DNA of 64,000 nt from a bacterium (GTDB lineage: Bacteria; Zhuqueibacterota; Zhuqueibacteria; Zhuqueibacterales; Zhuqueibacteraceae): positions 1 through 64,000 of the forward strand of contig JBIOXB010000036.1 of NCBI GenBank assembly GCA_044869275.1, in the 5' to 3' direction. The notes beneath the pieces were generated by a model that saw only the letters and a list, made by a program, of their open reading frames with translations, was not told where the DNA came from and ran no database searches. Positions 45,250 to 54,674 of the stretch are shown here, piece by piece. The first letter of the stretch is position 1, and each line of letters opens with the position of its first letter. The translations under genes were made by a program, and so were the position numbers.

Positions 45250-47889
45250 GTGAGAAGAAGAACCCGACCCATCCTGCCGCCGTTGCTGTTTTATCTCGCC
45301 TGCTTTTCCTGCCCTGGTGCCGCGCAAAGTTCACTCTCACAAGCCTGGTCCTCTTTTTATCGCGGTGACTACGCGGTCTCGGTGCGCGCGTTTCAACAAG
45401 CCGCTGAAAACTCTTCATCCAATATAGAGGCGATCGTCGGCCAAAGCCTGGCACTGCAGGAGTTGGGGGAATACCAGGAGTGCCGCGCGCTTTTGACCGG
45501 GGCGAAAATGAAAACTCCCGACGCGCGGCTGTTGCAGCGCCTGGGGGAATTGGAATTGTTCCTCGGCCGCATCAAAATCGCGCAAGGCTATTTTGACGAA
45601 GCCATGGCACGCGACCCCGGATTCCGGCTCGCGCAGTTTTATCAAGCGCTGGCGCGCTGGCACTTGGGCGAGCGCACCGCTGCCAACCAGGCTTTTCTTG
45701 CCTTTCTTAGTTTTTATCGCACCGCCTCGGAATTGACGCCGCAAGATATCCATCTCGTCGCGCGTGCGTGTGTTTATTTGGAACGATTTCACGACGCCAA
45801 TCGTTTGTTCGGTGAAGCCGTCAAGCAAAAACCACAGGATTGGAGGCTCTATATTCCCTGGGGAGACTTGTTCCTTGAAAAATACAATCTCGCCGACGCG
45901 CGCTCGATCTTTGACGACGCTTTGGAACAGAATCCCAATTGCGCACCGGCATTGCTCGGGTTGGCACGCGTGCAAGTGACGGAAGATTTCGAGCAGGCGT
46001 GGCGCACCACGGAACAGGCTTTGCAGCTCAATCCGTATTCTCCCGCCACCGGCACGCTCCGGGTCGAGCTTCAGCTTTTCGCCAGCCGGGAAAAAGCGGC
46101 GCAGGAACAGCTCGCCAAAATTCTGCTGGAATTTCCCGATTATGTTCCCGCGCTTGCGCTGCAGGCGATCATGGCCGATCGCCGGCAAGATCAGGAGCAA
46201 GTCGAACAAGTGGCCGCGCGTGCCGCGGCCCTCAATCCGCACGACGCTTCCGTCTTCATTCGCCTGGGTGAAGACGCCGCACGCCGCTACCTTTTTCAAG
46301 AATCGGCTGTTTTTTTTCGCCGCGCGCTCGCGCTCGATGCCGAGAATTGGACCGCCGTCGCCGGGTTGGGCACGAGCCTCTCGCGCTTGGGGCAAAAAGA
46401 CGAAGCTGAAACGCATCTCGATAGGGCCTTTGCGCACGATCCTTTCAATGTCGTGGTGGGAAACCTGCTTAATTTGTTCGACGCGATGGCGAAGTACGAC
46501 ACCATCCACACGCGCCATTTTCTTATTCGCATGCGGCCGGAAGACAAAACGGTGATCGGACCGGCCGCCGCGGAGCTGTGTGAAGCCGCATATCAAAACA
46601 TGTCGCCGCGTTATCGCGTTCATTTCACGGCGCCGGTCACCGTGGAGATTTTCCCCAAGCACGATGAATTCGCCGTGCGCTGTTTCGGCTTGCCCGGCGC
46701 GGAATATTTTCTTGGCATTTGCTTCGGCCCGTTGATCGCGATGAACTCGCCGCGCGCGCGCGAACGCGGCGCGTTCAATTGGCAGGAGACTTTGTGGCAT
46801 GAGATCGCCCACGTCGTGCATTTGCAATTGACCGCCAACCGTATTCCGCGCTGGTTCGCCGAAGGGCTCGCGGTTTATGAAGCGGCACATGCGCGCAGCG
46901 AATGGAGCATGAACATAGACTTGGCCATGATTCGCGCGCTGCAAAACAACGAACTTTTGCCCCTGCGGGAATTGGACGAGGGTTTCACGCGCCAGCCGGA
47001 ACGGATTGCGCTGGTCTATTATCAAGCCTCGCAAATCATCGAATTCATCCAGGCGCGCGACGGCTTTGACCGGGTGCTGGCGCTGCTACCGCATTTCAAA
47101 AAAGGCAAAAAAACCGAGGAGGCGATCCAGCTCGTCTTCGCGCAGTCGCCGGATGAATTCGACCGTGCCTTTCACGATTTCCTGCGCCGGCGCTTTCGCC
47201 CGGAAACCGTGGAGCTGGACGGGCAGAAGAATTCGCCACTGGACAGATTTTTGGGCAGCCTGTCTTCGGCGCCGGCGAAAGGCGAAGACGGTGATATGCG
47301 CCAGCGTGCTGAGAACGAGCCGAAAAATTTTCCCGCCGCGCTGCGCTATGGCAAAAAGCTGGCCGGCAACGGCCAGGCAGCGGAGGCGGAAGTCTATCTC
47401 AAGCGGGCGAAAGGCTTGCTGCCGGCTTATGTCGACGAGGGCAATCCTTACGCCGCACTCGCGGAATTATATTGGCAACAAGGCCGCAAGCGAGAAGCAG
47501 CGGAAGAATTGGAATTCTTGACGGCACACAATGGCCGTGCCGTCGACGAAGCGCTGAAATTAGGTGAATGGCAACTGGCCTTGCGTGATAGCGCGGCCGC
47601 GGCACGAGCGTGGTCACGCGCCCTGGCCATTCATCCCTACGATGCCGGCCTGCAGCGCCGCACCGGCGAGCTCAAACTGGCACTCAAACAACCGGGCGCG
47701 GCGGAACAAAACTTACTTGTCGCGCTGGGACTCAACCCCGCTGATCGCGCGGCCATTTATTGTCTGCTGGCTGAAGCTTACCTGGCTCAAGGACGGCGCG
47801 CGCAGGCCAAAAAGCAAGCATTGGCGGCGCTGGAAATTGCGCCCCATTTCGAGCGGGCCCAGGAAATTCTATTGCAAACGGTGGAATAG
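45250..47889 (+). CDS. Exported TPR-repeat protein with central gluzincin (peptidase MA-like) domain
   Basis: Signal peptide; many TPR-like repeats; WHEIAHVVH...PRWFAEGLAVYE. Confidence 0.88.
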   Translation: MRRRTRPILPPLLFYLACFSCPGAAQSSLSQAWSSFYRGDYAVSVRAFQQAAENSSSNIEAIVGQSLALQELGEYQECRALLTGAKMKTPDARLLQRLGELELFLGRIKIAQGYFDEAMARDPGFRLAQFYQALARWHLGERTAANQAFLAFLSFYRTASELTPQDIHLVARACVYLERFHDANRLFGEAVKQKPQDWRLYIPWGDLFLEKYNLADARSIFDDALEQNPNCAPALLGLARVQVTEDFEQAWRTTEQALQLNPYSPATGTLRVELQLFASREKAAQEQLAKILLEFPDYVPALALQAIMADRRQDQEQVEQVAARAAALNPHDASVFIRLGEDAARRYLFQESAVFFRRALALDAENWTAVAGLGTSLSRLGQKDEAETHLDRAFAHDPFNVVVGNLLNLFDAMAKYDTIHTRHFLIRMRPEDKTVIGPAAAELCEAAYQNMSPRYRVHFTAPVTVEIFPKHDEFAVRCFGLPGAEYFLGICFGPLIAMNSPRARERGAFNWQETLWHEIAHVVHLQLTANRIPRWFAEGLAVYEAAHARSEWSMNIDLAMIRALQNNELLPLRELDEGFTRQPERIALVYYQASQIIEFIQARDGFDRVLALLPHFKKGKKTEEAIQLVFAQSPDEFDRAFHDFLRRRFRPETVELDGQKNSPLDRFLGSLSSAPAKGEDGDMRQRAENEPKNFPAALRYGKKLAGNGQAAEAEVYLKRAKGLLPAYVDEGNPYAALAELYWQQGRKREAAEELEFLTAHNGRAVDEALKLGEWQLALRDSAAAARAWSRALAIHPYDAGLQRRTGELKLALKQPGAAEQNLLVALGLNPADRAAIYCLLAEAYLAQGRRAQAKKQALAALEIAPHFERAQEILLQTVE

Positions 47890-47890
47890 C

Positions 47891-48637
47891 ATGCGGCGTG
47901 GCTGTGATTGCAAGTGCATCTTTCTTGTGCTGGCGCTCATTCCGGTTTTGTTGCGGGCACAAGAATCTCCCTTCGTTGCCGGGGGCGAAAACGGCATTCC
48001 CCACACCCCCGGCGCGCAGGGCTTCACCTTTGTACGTATTGAATGGTCGGGCGAAGGCCACGGTATTTTCGCGCGCGGCAACGGGCCGTTGTGGGCGCAT
48101 GACTACCCCACTGCGGAGCAGAATTTTTACACGGCCCTGAATGCGCTAACGGCCGTTCCCATGACCTTTGAAAACAAAATACTCACTTTAGCCGACGACG
48201 CCATTTTCGATTTTCCCCTGCTGTACATCTGTGAAGTGGGCTACTGGATTCCTGCCGCAGCGGAAGCTGACCGTTTGCAGGAATACTTGCAGCGCGGCGG
48301 GTTTCTCATCGTCGATGATTTTCGCGGCGGTTTTGAGTGGCGGAATTTTCGCGACCAGATACAGCGCGTCGTACCCGATCCGCCGCAGCCGCTGTCGCTC
48401 GATCATCCGGTGTTTCATTGCTATTTCGAATTCGAGCACGTCGGTGATCATGCGCCCTACGGCGGAGTTCTGCCGATCTTCTACGGCCTGTATGATCAAA
48501 AGAAACGCCTCACCGGCATCGTCAATTACAACAATGATATCGGCGACGGCTGGGAATGGCCCGAGACCGATCAGGAGTTTTCCACGGAGGCGTTCAAATT
48601 AGGCATCAACTATCTGATCTACGCGATGACGCATTGA
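47891..48637 (+). CDS. DUF4159 domain protein (copy 1)
   Basis: FTFVRI, WAHDYPTAEQN, YLQRGGFLIVDDF, HPVFHCYF, NNDIGDGWE, GINYLIYAMTH. Confidence 0.88.
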   Translation: MRRGCDCKCIFLVLALIPVLLRAQESPFVAGGENGIPHTPGAQGFTFVRIEWSGEGHGIFARGNGPLWAHDYPTAEQNFYTALNALTAVPMTFENKILTLADDAIFDFPLLYICEVGYWIPAAAEADRLQEYLQRGGFLIVDDFRGGFEWRNFRDQIQRVVPDPPQPLSLDHPVFHCYFEFEHVGDHAPYGGVLPIFYGLYDQKKRLTGIVNYNNDIGDGWEWPETDQEFSTEAFKLGINYLIYAMTH

Positions 48638-48726
48638 TGAGGAGATGAGCCTGGCGGCGCCCCATGCAACACCAAATTCAGATCACAAAACTCAAAATCC
48701 AGACCAATGAGAGAATCCAAGTTCGC

Positions 48727-49506
48727 ATGTGCAAACCTCGGGTCATGGCCAAGCCGCGGCGGCGCGCCCTGCTGTTCGCGGTGATGAGCGGATGGGCGCT
48801 GGCGCAAGCCTCATGGGCGCAAACGCTGCAAAACGATGTTTTCACCTTCACGCGCTTGAAATACAGCTCGGGCAAGTTTACCTATGCCTTTCGCATGCGC
48901 TTCCGTTCGGATAGCTGGGAAGTGGATTATCCCACGGCCGAGGAAAATTTCATCCGCGGATTGAAGGAAATCACGCGCGTGCCGGTGAACGATGAGGCCA
49001 TCGTGCTCAGCATGACTGATCCACAATTGTTCGATTATCCTTTTGCCTACACTCTCGAACTCGGCTTCGCGCAGTTCTCACCGGAAGAGGCGAAGGCATT
49101 GCGCGAGTGGTGTTTGCGCGGCGGCTTTTTGATGATCGACGATTTTCATGGCAGCGCGCAGTGGGAAAATTTTGCCTATGAATTCAGCAAAGTTTTTCCC
49201 GACCGCGAGCCCGTCGAGCTGAAGCCCGAGCATCCCATTTTTCATTGCTACTTCGATTTCGATCATTATCCGCAAGTGCCGGGCATGGCCGCGATCTACC
49301 AGGGCACGACGTTCGAGTACGACGGCCGTTATGCGCATTGCCGTGGTATTTTCGACGACGACGGGCGTTTGATGGTGCTGATCAATTTCAACGTCGATCT
49401 CGGCGACAGTTGGGAGCACGCCGCAGATCCCAGGTATCCGGAATTTTATTCGATGCTGGGCTACCGCCTCGGCATCAATTACGTGATCTATGCCATGACG
49501 CACTAG
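48727..49506 (+). CDS. DUF4159 domain protein (copy 2); start uncertain (48664/48727/48745)
   Basis: FTFTRL, WEVDYPTAEEN, LRGGFLMIDDF, HPIFHCYF, NVDLGDSWE, GINYVIYAMTH. Confidence 0.88.
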   Translation: MCKPRVMAKPRRRALLFAVMSGWALAQASWAQTLQNDVFTFTRLKYSSGKFTYAFRMRFRSDSWEVDYPTAEENFIRGLKEITRVPVNDEAIVLSMTDPQLFDYPFAYTLELGFAQFSPEEAKALREWCLRGGFLMIDDFHGSAQWENFAYEFSKVFPDREPVELKPEHPIFHCYFDFDHYPQVPGMAAIYQGTTFEYDGRYAHCRGIFDDDGRLMVLINFNVDLGDSWEHAADPRYPEFYSMLGYRLGINYVIYAMTH

Positions 49507-49644
49507 CGCCAGGCGGGCAAAAATCTTGCAAAAATGCGAAGACGGCGCGAAGCCTCGGGATCACGGTTCACTTCGTCTGTGCTTCGCAGCACGCCAGGCA
49601 TGCAGAGCGAAACATAAACCGTCAGCCTAATGCAGGAAAGCATC

Positions 49645-50670
49645 ATGAATTTCGATCCCCCCTCTCCGCCTCTTGACGACAACGCTTTATATGAGCGCCT
49701 GCAGCAGGCGCGCGATACTTTGCTGGCAGAATTGCGCAAAATCATCGTGGGTCAGGACGAAACCATCGAATTGGTTCTCATCGCGCTGTTTACGGGCGGG
49801 CATTGCTTGATCACCGGCGTGCCGGGCCTGGCCAAAACGCTGCTCATTCGCACGCTGGCAACGGTTCTCGACTTAAATTTCAAGCGCATCCAGTTCACGC
49901 CCGACTTGATGCCTTCGGACATCACCGGCATCGAAATCATCGAGGAGGATCGCACCACGGGCAAGCGTGTGATGAAATTCATCAAAGGACCGTTGTTCGC
50001 GAACATCATTCTGGCCGATGAAATCAACCGCACGCCTCCCAAAACACAGGCGGCGCTGCTGGAAGCCATGCAGGAACATCACGTGACCGCCGGCGGCATC
50101 ACCTATCATTTGGAAGAACCGTTTTTCGTGCTGGCCACACAAAATCCCATCGAATTGGAAGGCACGTATCCTTTGCCCGAGGCGCAACTCGATCGTTTCA
50201 TGTTCAACATTGTGATGGATTATCTGCCGGAAGAGCAGGAAGTCGAGGTCGTCACCGCCACCACGAGCAGCCTCAAACCGGATTTGCAGCGTGTGATGAG
50301 CGGCAGGGATATTTTGGCGTACCAGTCTTTGGTGCGCAAGGTTTTCGTCTCACAGGAGGTGGCAAAATACGCCGTGCAACTGTCGCGCGCCACGCGGCCG
50401 GGCACCGGTGCCGCGCCGGATTTCGTGAAGAATTGGGTGAGCTGGGGCGCGGGCTTGCGCGCCTCGCAATACTTGATTCTCGGCGGTAAAGCGCGGGCGC
50501 TGCTGCGCGGCCGCGCGAACGTTTCCATTAAAGACATACACGCGCTCGCCTTGCCGGTCTTGCGCCATCGCGTCTTGACCAACTTTTACGCGGAATCGGA
50601 AAAAGTGAAGCCCGCGGACGTCGTGCGCCGGCTGCTGGAATTCGTGCCCACACCCAAGTCGGGATTGTGA
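49645..50670 (+). CDS. MoxR-family AAA+ ATPase
   Basis: GVPGLAKT, RIQFTPDLMPSDITG, LADEINRTPPKTQAALLEAMQE, ATQNPIELEGTYPLPEAQLDRF, VLRHR. Confidence 0.97.
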   Translation: MNFDPPSPPLDDNALYERLQQARDTLLAELRKIIVGQDETIELVLIALFTGGHCLITGVPGLAKTLLIRTLATVLDLNFKRIQFTPDLMPSDITGIEIIEEDRTTGKRVMKFIKGPLFANIILADEINRTPPKTQAALLEAMQEHHVTAGGITYHLEEPFFVLATQNPIELEGTYPLPEAQLDRFMFNIVMDYLPEEQEVEVVTATTSSLKPDLQRVMSGRDILAYQSLVRKVFVSQEVAKYAVQLSRATRPGTGAAPDFVKNWVSWGAGLRASQYLILGGKARALLRGRANVSIKDIHALALPVLRHRVLTNFYAESEKVKPADVVRRLLEFVPTPKSGL

Positions 50671-50760
50671 GGGCAGAGGACACCACGCGGCTCCGGGGCA
50701 CGCTGGAAAATTTCTCTCACTGTCAGTTGCACGGAGCCATAGCCGCGCGGTGAATCGGCC

Positions 50761-51390
50761 ATGCGAAAAAAAATAGCGCTTATATTGCCGCTCGCTGCCC
50801 AAATGTTGAGCTCTGCTTTCTCGGGATGCAGCCCGGCAAGCGAGAAGCGCCAAGCCATCGAAAGCGCCCTGGCTGCAGAAATGGCGCGTTATCCACAAGC
50901 CACGCTGATTGACATTTACAAGTTCTTCTTTCAAGGCGCCTTCGGTCCGGGGCACATGATTCCCGATGCCGCCGCGGCCCGCCAGTATCTGGAAAACGAG
51001 TTGCAGCAAGCGACGAGCTTCGATTCTACACGGTGGTATCCGGTCGGCTACCAGCAAGAATTCTATCGTGTCCACCTCAGCATGATCAAGGACGGTGAAA
51101 TTTCCTCCGGAGATTTGTTGCAGGCTTTTGTCGAAAGCGCGAATGCCGTGGTCGGCCCTTCGTTGCGGGAGTGGCAGGAAGAATGGGCGATGATTTTGAA
51201 GGTTGTGGAAAAGCATCGCGGGCAGTTGGCAGACTTTGACGCGGACAAAGTGCGACTGGCCGAAATGCTCGGCCGCGATGAGATCGTCGCGCACCACAGC
51301 CCGATATTCGAAGAGAAGTACCATCCGCATTATCGTGTGGTGCATCGCAGCCATATGGAGCGGCTCAGAAGCGCCAGGCACGACGACTGA
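50761..51390 (+). CDS. Hypothetical lipoprotein
   Basis: Lipobox FSGC; DIYKFFFQGAFGPGHMI and HHSPIFEEKYHPHYRVV. Confidence 0.75.
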   Translation: MRKKIALILPLAAQMLSSAFSGCSPASEKRQAIESALAAEMARYPQATLIDIYKFFFQGAFGPGHMIPDAAAARQYLENELQQATSFDSTRWYPVGYQQEFYRVHLSMIKDGEISSGDLLQAFVESANAVVGPSLREWQEEWAMILKVVEKHRGQLADFDADKVRLAEMLGRDEIVAHHSPIFEEKYHPHYRVVHRSHMERLRSARHDD

Positions 51391-51425
51391 ACATGTGCAA
51401 AGTGCATTTAACGCGTCGATAAACC

Positions 51426-52352
51426 ATGTCTTACACGCCCCGGCCCCAATTGCGCTTCATCGATCCCGCAATCCTGTCCCGCATTTCGGGCATGGAATTG
51501 CGTGCGCGCACCGTGGTGGAAGGCTTTTTAAGCGGCTTGCATCGCAGCCCGTTTCGCGGCTTCAGCATCGAGTTCGCTGAATATCGCCAGTATACACCCG
51601 GTGATGACACGCGCCGCATCGATTGGAAAGTATACGGCCGCACCGATCGTTATTTCGTGAAGCAATACGAAGATGAAACCAATTTGCAGTGCCATCTCCT
51701 GCTCGATCTTTCCGGCAGCATGGCGGGCACGAGCGGCAAGCATCTCACCCCCTCCCGGGTGAGCAAATTCGATTACGCGCGCTATCTCACCTCCGCGCTG
51801 GCGTATTTCATCTTTCAACAGCGCGACGCGGTGGGCTTCGTGGCTTTTGATGATGACCTCCGCTTGGAGGTTCCAGCCAAATTCCGGCCGGGACATCTCT
51901 ACAGCCTGCTGCTCGAACTGGAAAACTTGCGGCCCGGCGCGGGCCAGGCGTTTAACGTGGACCGCCTGCATCGCTTCGCCGAAAGCATCCGGCGCAAGGG
52001 CATGATCATTTTGATCAGTGATTTCTTTTGCGAGCTCGAGCCTTTGATCGACGCACTCAAACATCTGCGCTTTCGCGGCCACGACGTGATCGCTTTTCAA
52101 ATCATGGACGAGCGCGAGCTCGATTTCGACTTCGATCGCCTAACACGCTTTGTCGGTTTGGAAGGTGAGACGATGACGCTGGGCATGCCACAAGACATGA
52201 GACAGCACTATCTCGGCAAGCTCAACGCGCATCTCGCCGACTTGCGCACGGCCTGCGGCGTGCATCGCGTCGATTACAATTTGTTGCGCACCTCGCAACC
52301 GCTCGATTTCGCGCTGCAAGCATATCTTGCCGCGCGCAGCGGGAAGGCGTGA
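51426..52352 (+). CDS. DUF58 (VWA-like) protein
   Basis: GLHRSPFRGFSIEFAEYRQYTPGDDTRRIDWK, KQYEDETN, DLSGSM, ISDF. Confidence 0.95.
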   Translation: MSYTPRPQLRFIDPAILSRISGMELRARTVVEGFLSGLHRSPFRGFSIEFAEYRQYTPGDDTRRIDWKVYGRTDRYFVKQYEDETNLQCHLLLDLSGSMAGTSGKHLTPSRVSKFDYARYLTSALAYFIFQQRDAVGFVAFDDDLRLEVPAKFRPGHLYSLLLELENLRPGAGQAFNVDRLHRFAESIRRKGMIILISDFFCELEPLIDALKHLRFRGHDVIAFQIMDERELDFDFDRLTRFVGLEGETMTLGMPQDMRQHYLGKLNAHLADLRTACGVHRVDYNLLRTSQPLDFALQAYLAARSGKA

Positions 52353-52423
52353 GATGTGAAGCCGTGGATCGTGATCAGTAGATCGTGAATGGTGCACGAT
52401 CAATCGATCCACGATCTACTATC
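52348..52423. repeat. Heptamer tandem / inverted element at the DUF58-BatA junction
   Basis: cgtggat cgtgatc agtagat cgtgaat ... cacgatc aatcgatc cacgatc tactatc. Confidence 0.7.
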
Positions 52424-52457
52424 TGCAATTCACAAATGAACCATCAATAACACGAAC

Positions 52458-54497
52458 GTGCTCGATTTTCTAACATCCCCCTTTTTGCTGTTGGGCGCGG
52501 CCGCGGCGGCGATACCCGTCATTTTGCATTTGATTCTGCGCAATCGTCCGGAAACCGTTTATTTTGCCGCGATGCGTTTTCTGGTGACGACGCCCAAGCA
52601 TCTGTTGCGCCGGCAGAAGCTCAAACAAATTCTTTTGCTGCTCATGCGCATCCTGGCGCTGTTGCTGCTGGGGCTGGCTTTCGCGCGGCCGCTGCTGGTG
52701 GGCAAACAACTGCCCACGGTGCTCAGCCGGGAGTCGCGCGCCATGGCTTTGATCATCGATGTCTCCGCGAGCATGGCCGCCTCCAACCATTTGCAACACG
52801 CGCGCGCGCGCGCGGCCGAATTGATTCAGAATGCTTCGGACGCGGATCGCATCTCCGTGCTGGCCGCCGCCACGCGCATCGAAGTGCTGGTGGAGAACGC
52901 CAAGCCGGCGCAGGCCCTGGCGGCGCTGGCCAATGTGGCACAAAAACAGACCGCCGGCAATTTGCGCGAGGCGGCGCAATTCGCCGACAATCTGCTGGCG
53001 CAATCGCCGTTGCGCCGCCGCGAGCTCTACGTGCTGTCGGATTTTCAGACGAGCAATTTCAGTGCAGGGCAGCTCAAGCTGAACAGCTCCGCTGCATGCA
53101 TTCCGCTCGCTTTGGACCAGCCCTGGCAAAACCTCGCGATCATTGGCGGCGAGCGCCTCGTGCGGGACGGCCAGATCACTTATGTCTGCCAAGTGCGCAG
53201 CTTTGCGATAACGGATCAGGAAATCAACCTCAAGCTGAATCTTGATACCCGAGACGCCCGCCCGCCCGCACCACAACGCCTCACGGTGCCGGCTCAGGAA
53301 GAAAGAACCGTGCGCTTTTCGAACGCCGCAGCAACGGCGAAAAACGAGCGCGCCATGTATGGCGCATATTTTGAAATGGAGGTGCGAGATGATTTTGCCG
53401 CGGACAACCGTTATTATCTCGCGGCAGAGGCCGGCCGTGACACGCGCGTTTTGCTGGTGAGCGGCGATGCGGAGGCGGAATTTTATCTGCGCCAGGCCCT
53501 GGGATTGCCGGGCTTTCCTTATCGCCTGCACCAAGTCTCGGCGAACGAGCTCGAGCAAACGCCGTTGGAAGCTTATGCCGCCGTGCTTTTTGCCGGCACG
53601 AGCGGCATCAACCGGCTGGCGGCGGAAAAATTGCGCGCCTACGTGCACGCCGGCGGCGGGTTGATCATCACCTTGCGCGAGAATACCTCCGCCGAGACTT
53701 TCAACTATTTTCTCGCTGAATTGCTGCCCGGAAAAATCGAGGAAACGATCGAAGTGGCGCGCGGCCAGCGCGAGCATGTCGCGCTTACCGAAATCGATTT
53801 CACCCATCCGGTCTTCAAGGTTTTTCGCGATCCGGCACACGGCGATCCCAGCGCCGTGCAGATTACCAAATACCATCGCGTCACACCCAAGCCCGAAGCC
53901 GTGCGCATTGCCGGCTTTGATGACGGCAGCGCAGCCTTGCTGGAGCTCGGTGTGGGCAAGGGCAAAACCTTGATGTGGACTTCGGCGCTCAATACGCGCA
54001 GTGGCAATTTTCCCGTGCGCGGCATTTTTGTACCGGTGCTCCATCAATGGCTGGATTATGTGGGCCGCACCGATCTCACGCCCGCCAAGACGCACACCGG
54101 CCAGCCGGTCTTTCTCAGCGAGGAATTTATGCCGGATCAACCCGTGGTGCTGACACGCCCGGACGGCACCGAACAAACCCTGCCTCCGATTGGCACCGCG
54201 GCATTCACTGGAACCGAGGACCCCGGCCTGTATCGCTTCCGGCAGGGAGGTGCGGCCCTCGTGCAAGCGGTCAATCTCGATCCGCGTGAATCCGATCCTG
54301 CGGCCCTCTCGCCGGATGATTTTGCCGCGAGTATGATGCGCGAGTTGGATCAGGTAGGAATTGCGAGTGTCTTCGGCAACGCGGCGCCGGTGTTGCTGGA
54401 GCAAGAACGCCAGCAAAAGTTGTGGCGATATGCGCTCTGGGCTTTACTCGCGTTGTTGATAGGGGAATGCTGGCTGTCGAATCGCACGCCGAGATAA
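52458..54497 (+). CDS. BatA N-terminal + VWA domain membrane protein
   Basis: IPVILHLI, F.AMRFL, LLLLMR...AFARP, DVSASM, LSDFQ, D.F..DN, VNLDPRESD, C-terminal TM (LW...LLIGECWL). Confidence 0.9.
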   Translation: MLDFLTSPFLLLGAAAAAIPVILHLILRNRPETVYFAAMRFLVTTPKHLLRRQKLKQILLLLMRILALLLLGLAFARPLLVGKQLPTVLSRESRAMALIIDVSASMAASNHLQHARARAAELIQNASDADRISVLAAATRIEVLVENAKPAQALAALANVAQKQTAGNLREAAQFADNLLAQSPLRRRELYVLSDFQTSNFSAGQLKLNSSAACIPLALDQPWQNLAIIGGERLVRDGQITYVCQVRSFAITDQEINLKLNLDTRDARPPAPQRLTVPAQEERTVRFSNAAATAKNERAMYGAYFEMEVRDDFAADNRYYLAAEAGRDTRVLLVSGDAEAEFYLRQALGLPGFPYRLHQVSANELEQTPLEAYAAVLFAGTSGINRLAAEKLRAYVHAGGGLIITLRENTSAETFNYFLAELLPGKIEETIEVARGQREHVALTEIDFTHPVFKVFRDPAHGDPSAVQITKYHRVTPKPEAVRIAGFDDGSAALLELGVGKGKTLMWTSALNTRSGNFPVRGIFVPVLHQWLDYVGRTDLTPAKTHTGQPVFLSEEFMPDQPVVLTRPDGTEQTLPPIGTAAFTGTEDPGLYRFRQGGAALVQAVNLDPRESDPAALSPDDFAASMMRELDQVGIASVFGNAAPVLLEQERQQKLWRYALWALLALLIGECWLSNRTPR

Positions 54498-54545
54498 CTC
54501 GAAATAGGCGCGCTTTGAGCAAAGCATAGGCACGAGAATGATAAA

Positions 54546-54627
54546 GATGGATTATTGGATCGTTGGATTATGGGGTGTTGTGCCTAAGCAACCAGCAATC
54601 CAGGTATCCATCAATCCAATAATCCAT
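54546..54627. repeat. Octamer tandem / inverted element
   Basis: gatggatt attggatc gttggatt ... ccagcaat ccaggtat ccatcaat ccaataat; outer 14 bp perfectly inverted (54547-60/54614-27). Confidence 0.8.
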
Positions 54628-54674
54628 TGCTTCAACAAACTCGATCATCCGCAGATTTTGGCAGCCATCACGAT

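Noticed and set aside
52470..54416. 648-aa minus-strand ORF (likewise 45415-47034, 58431-59723, 19254-20621, 20682-21827)
   Set aside because: Shadow ORFs opposite clear genes
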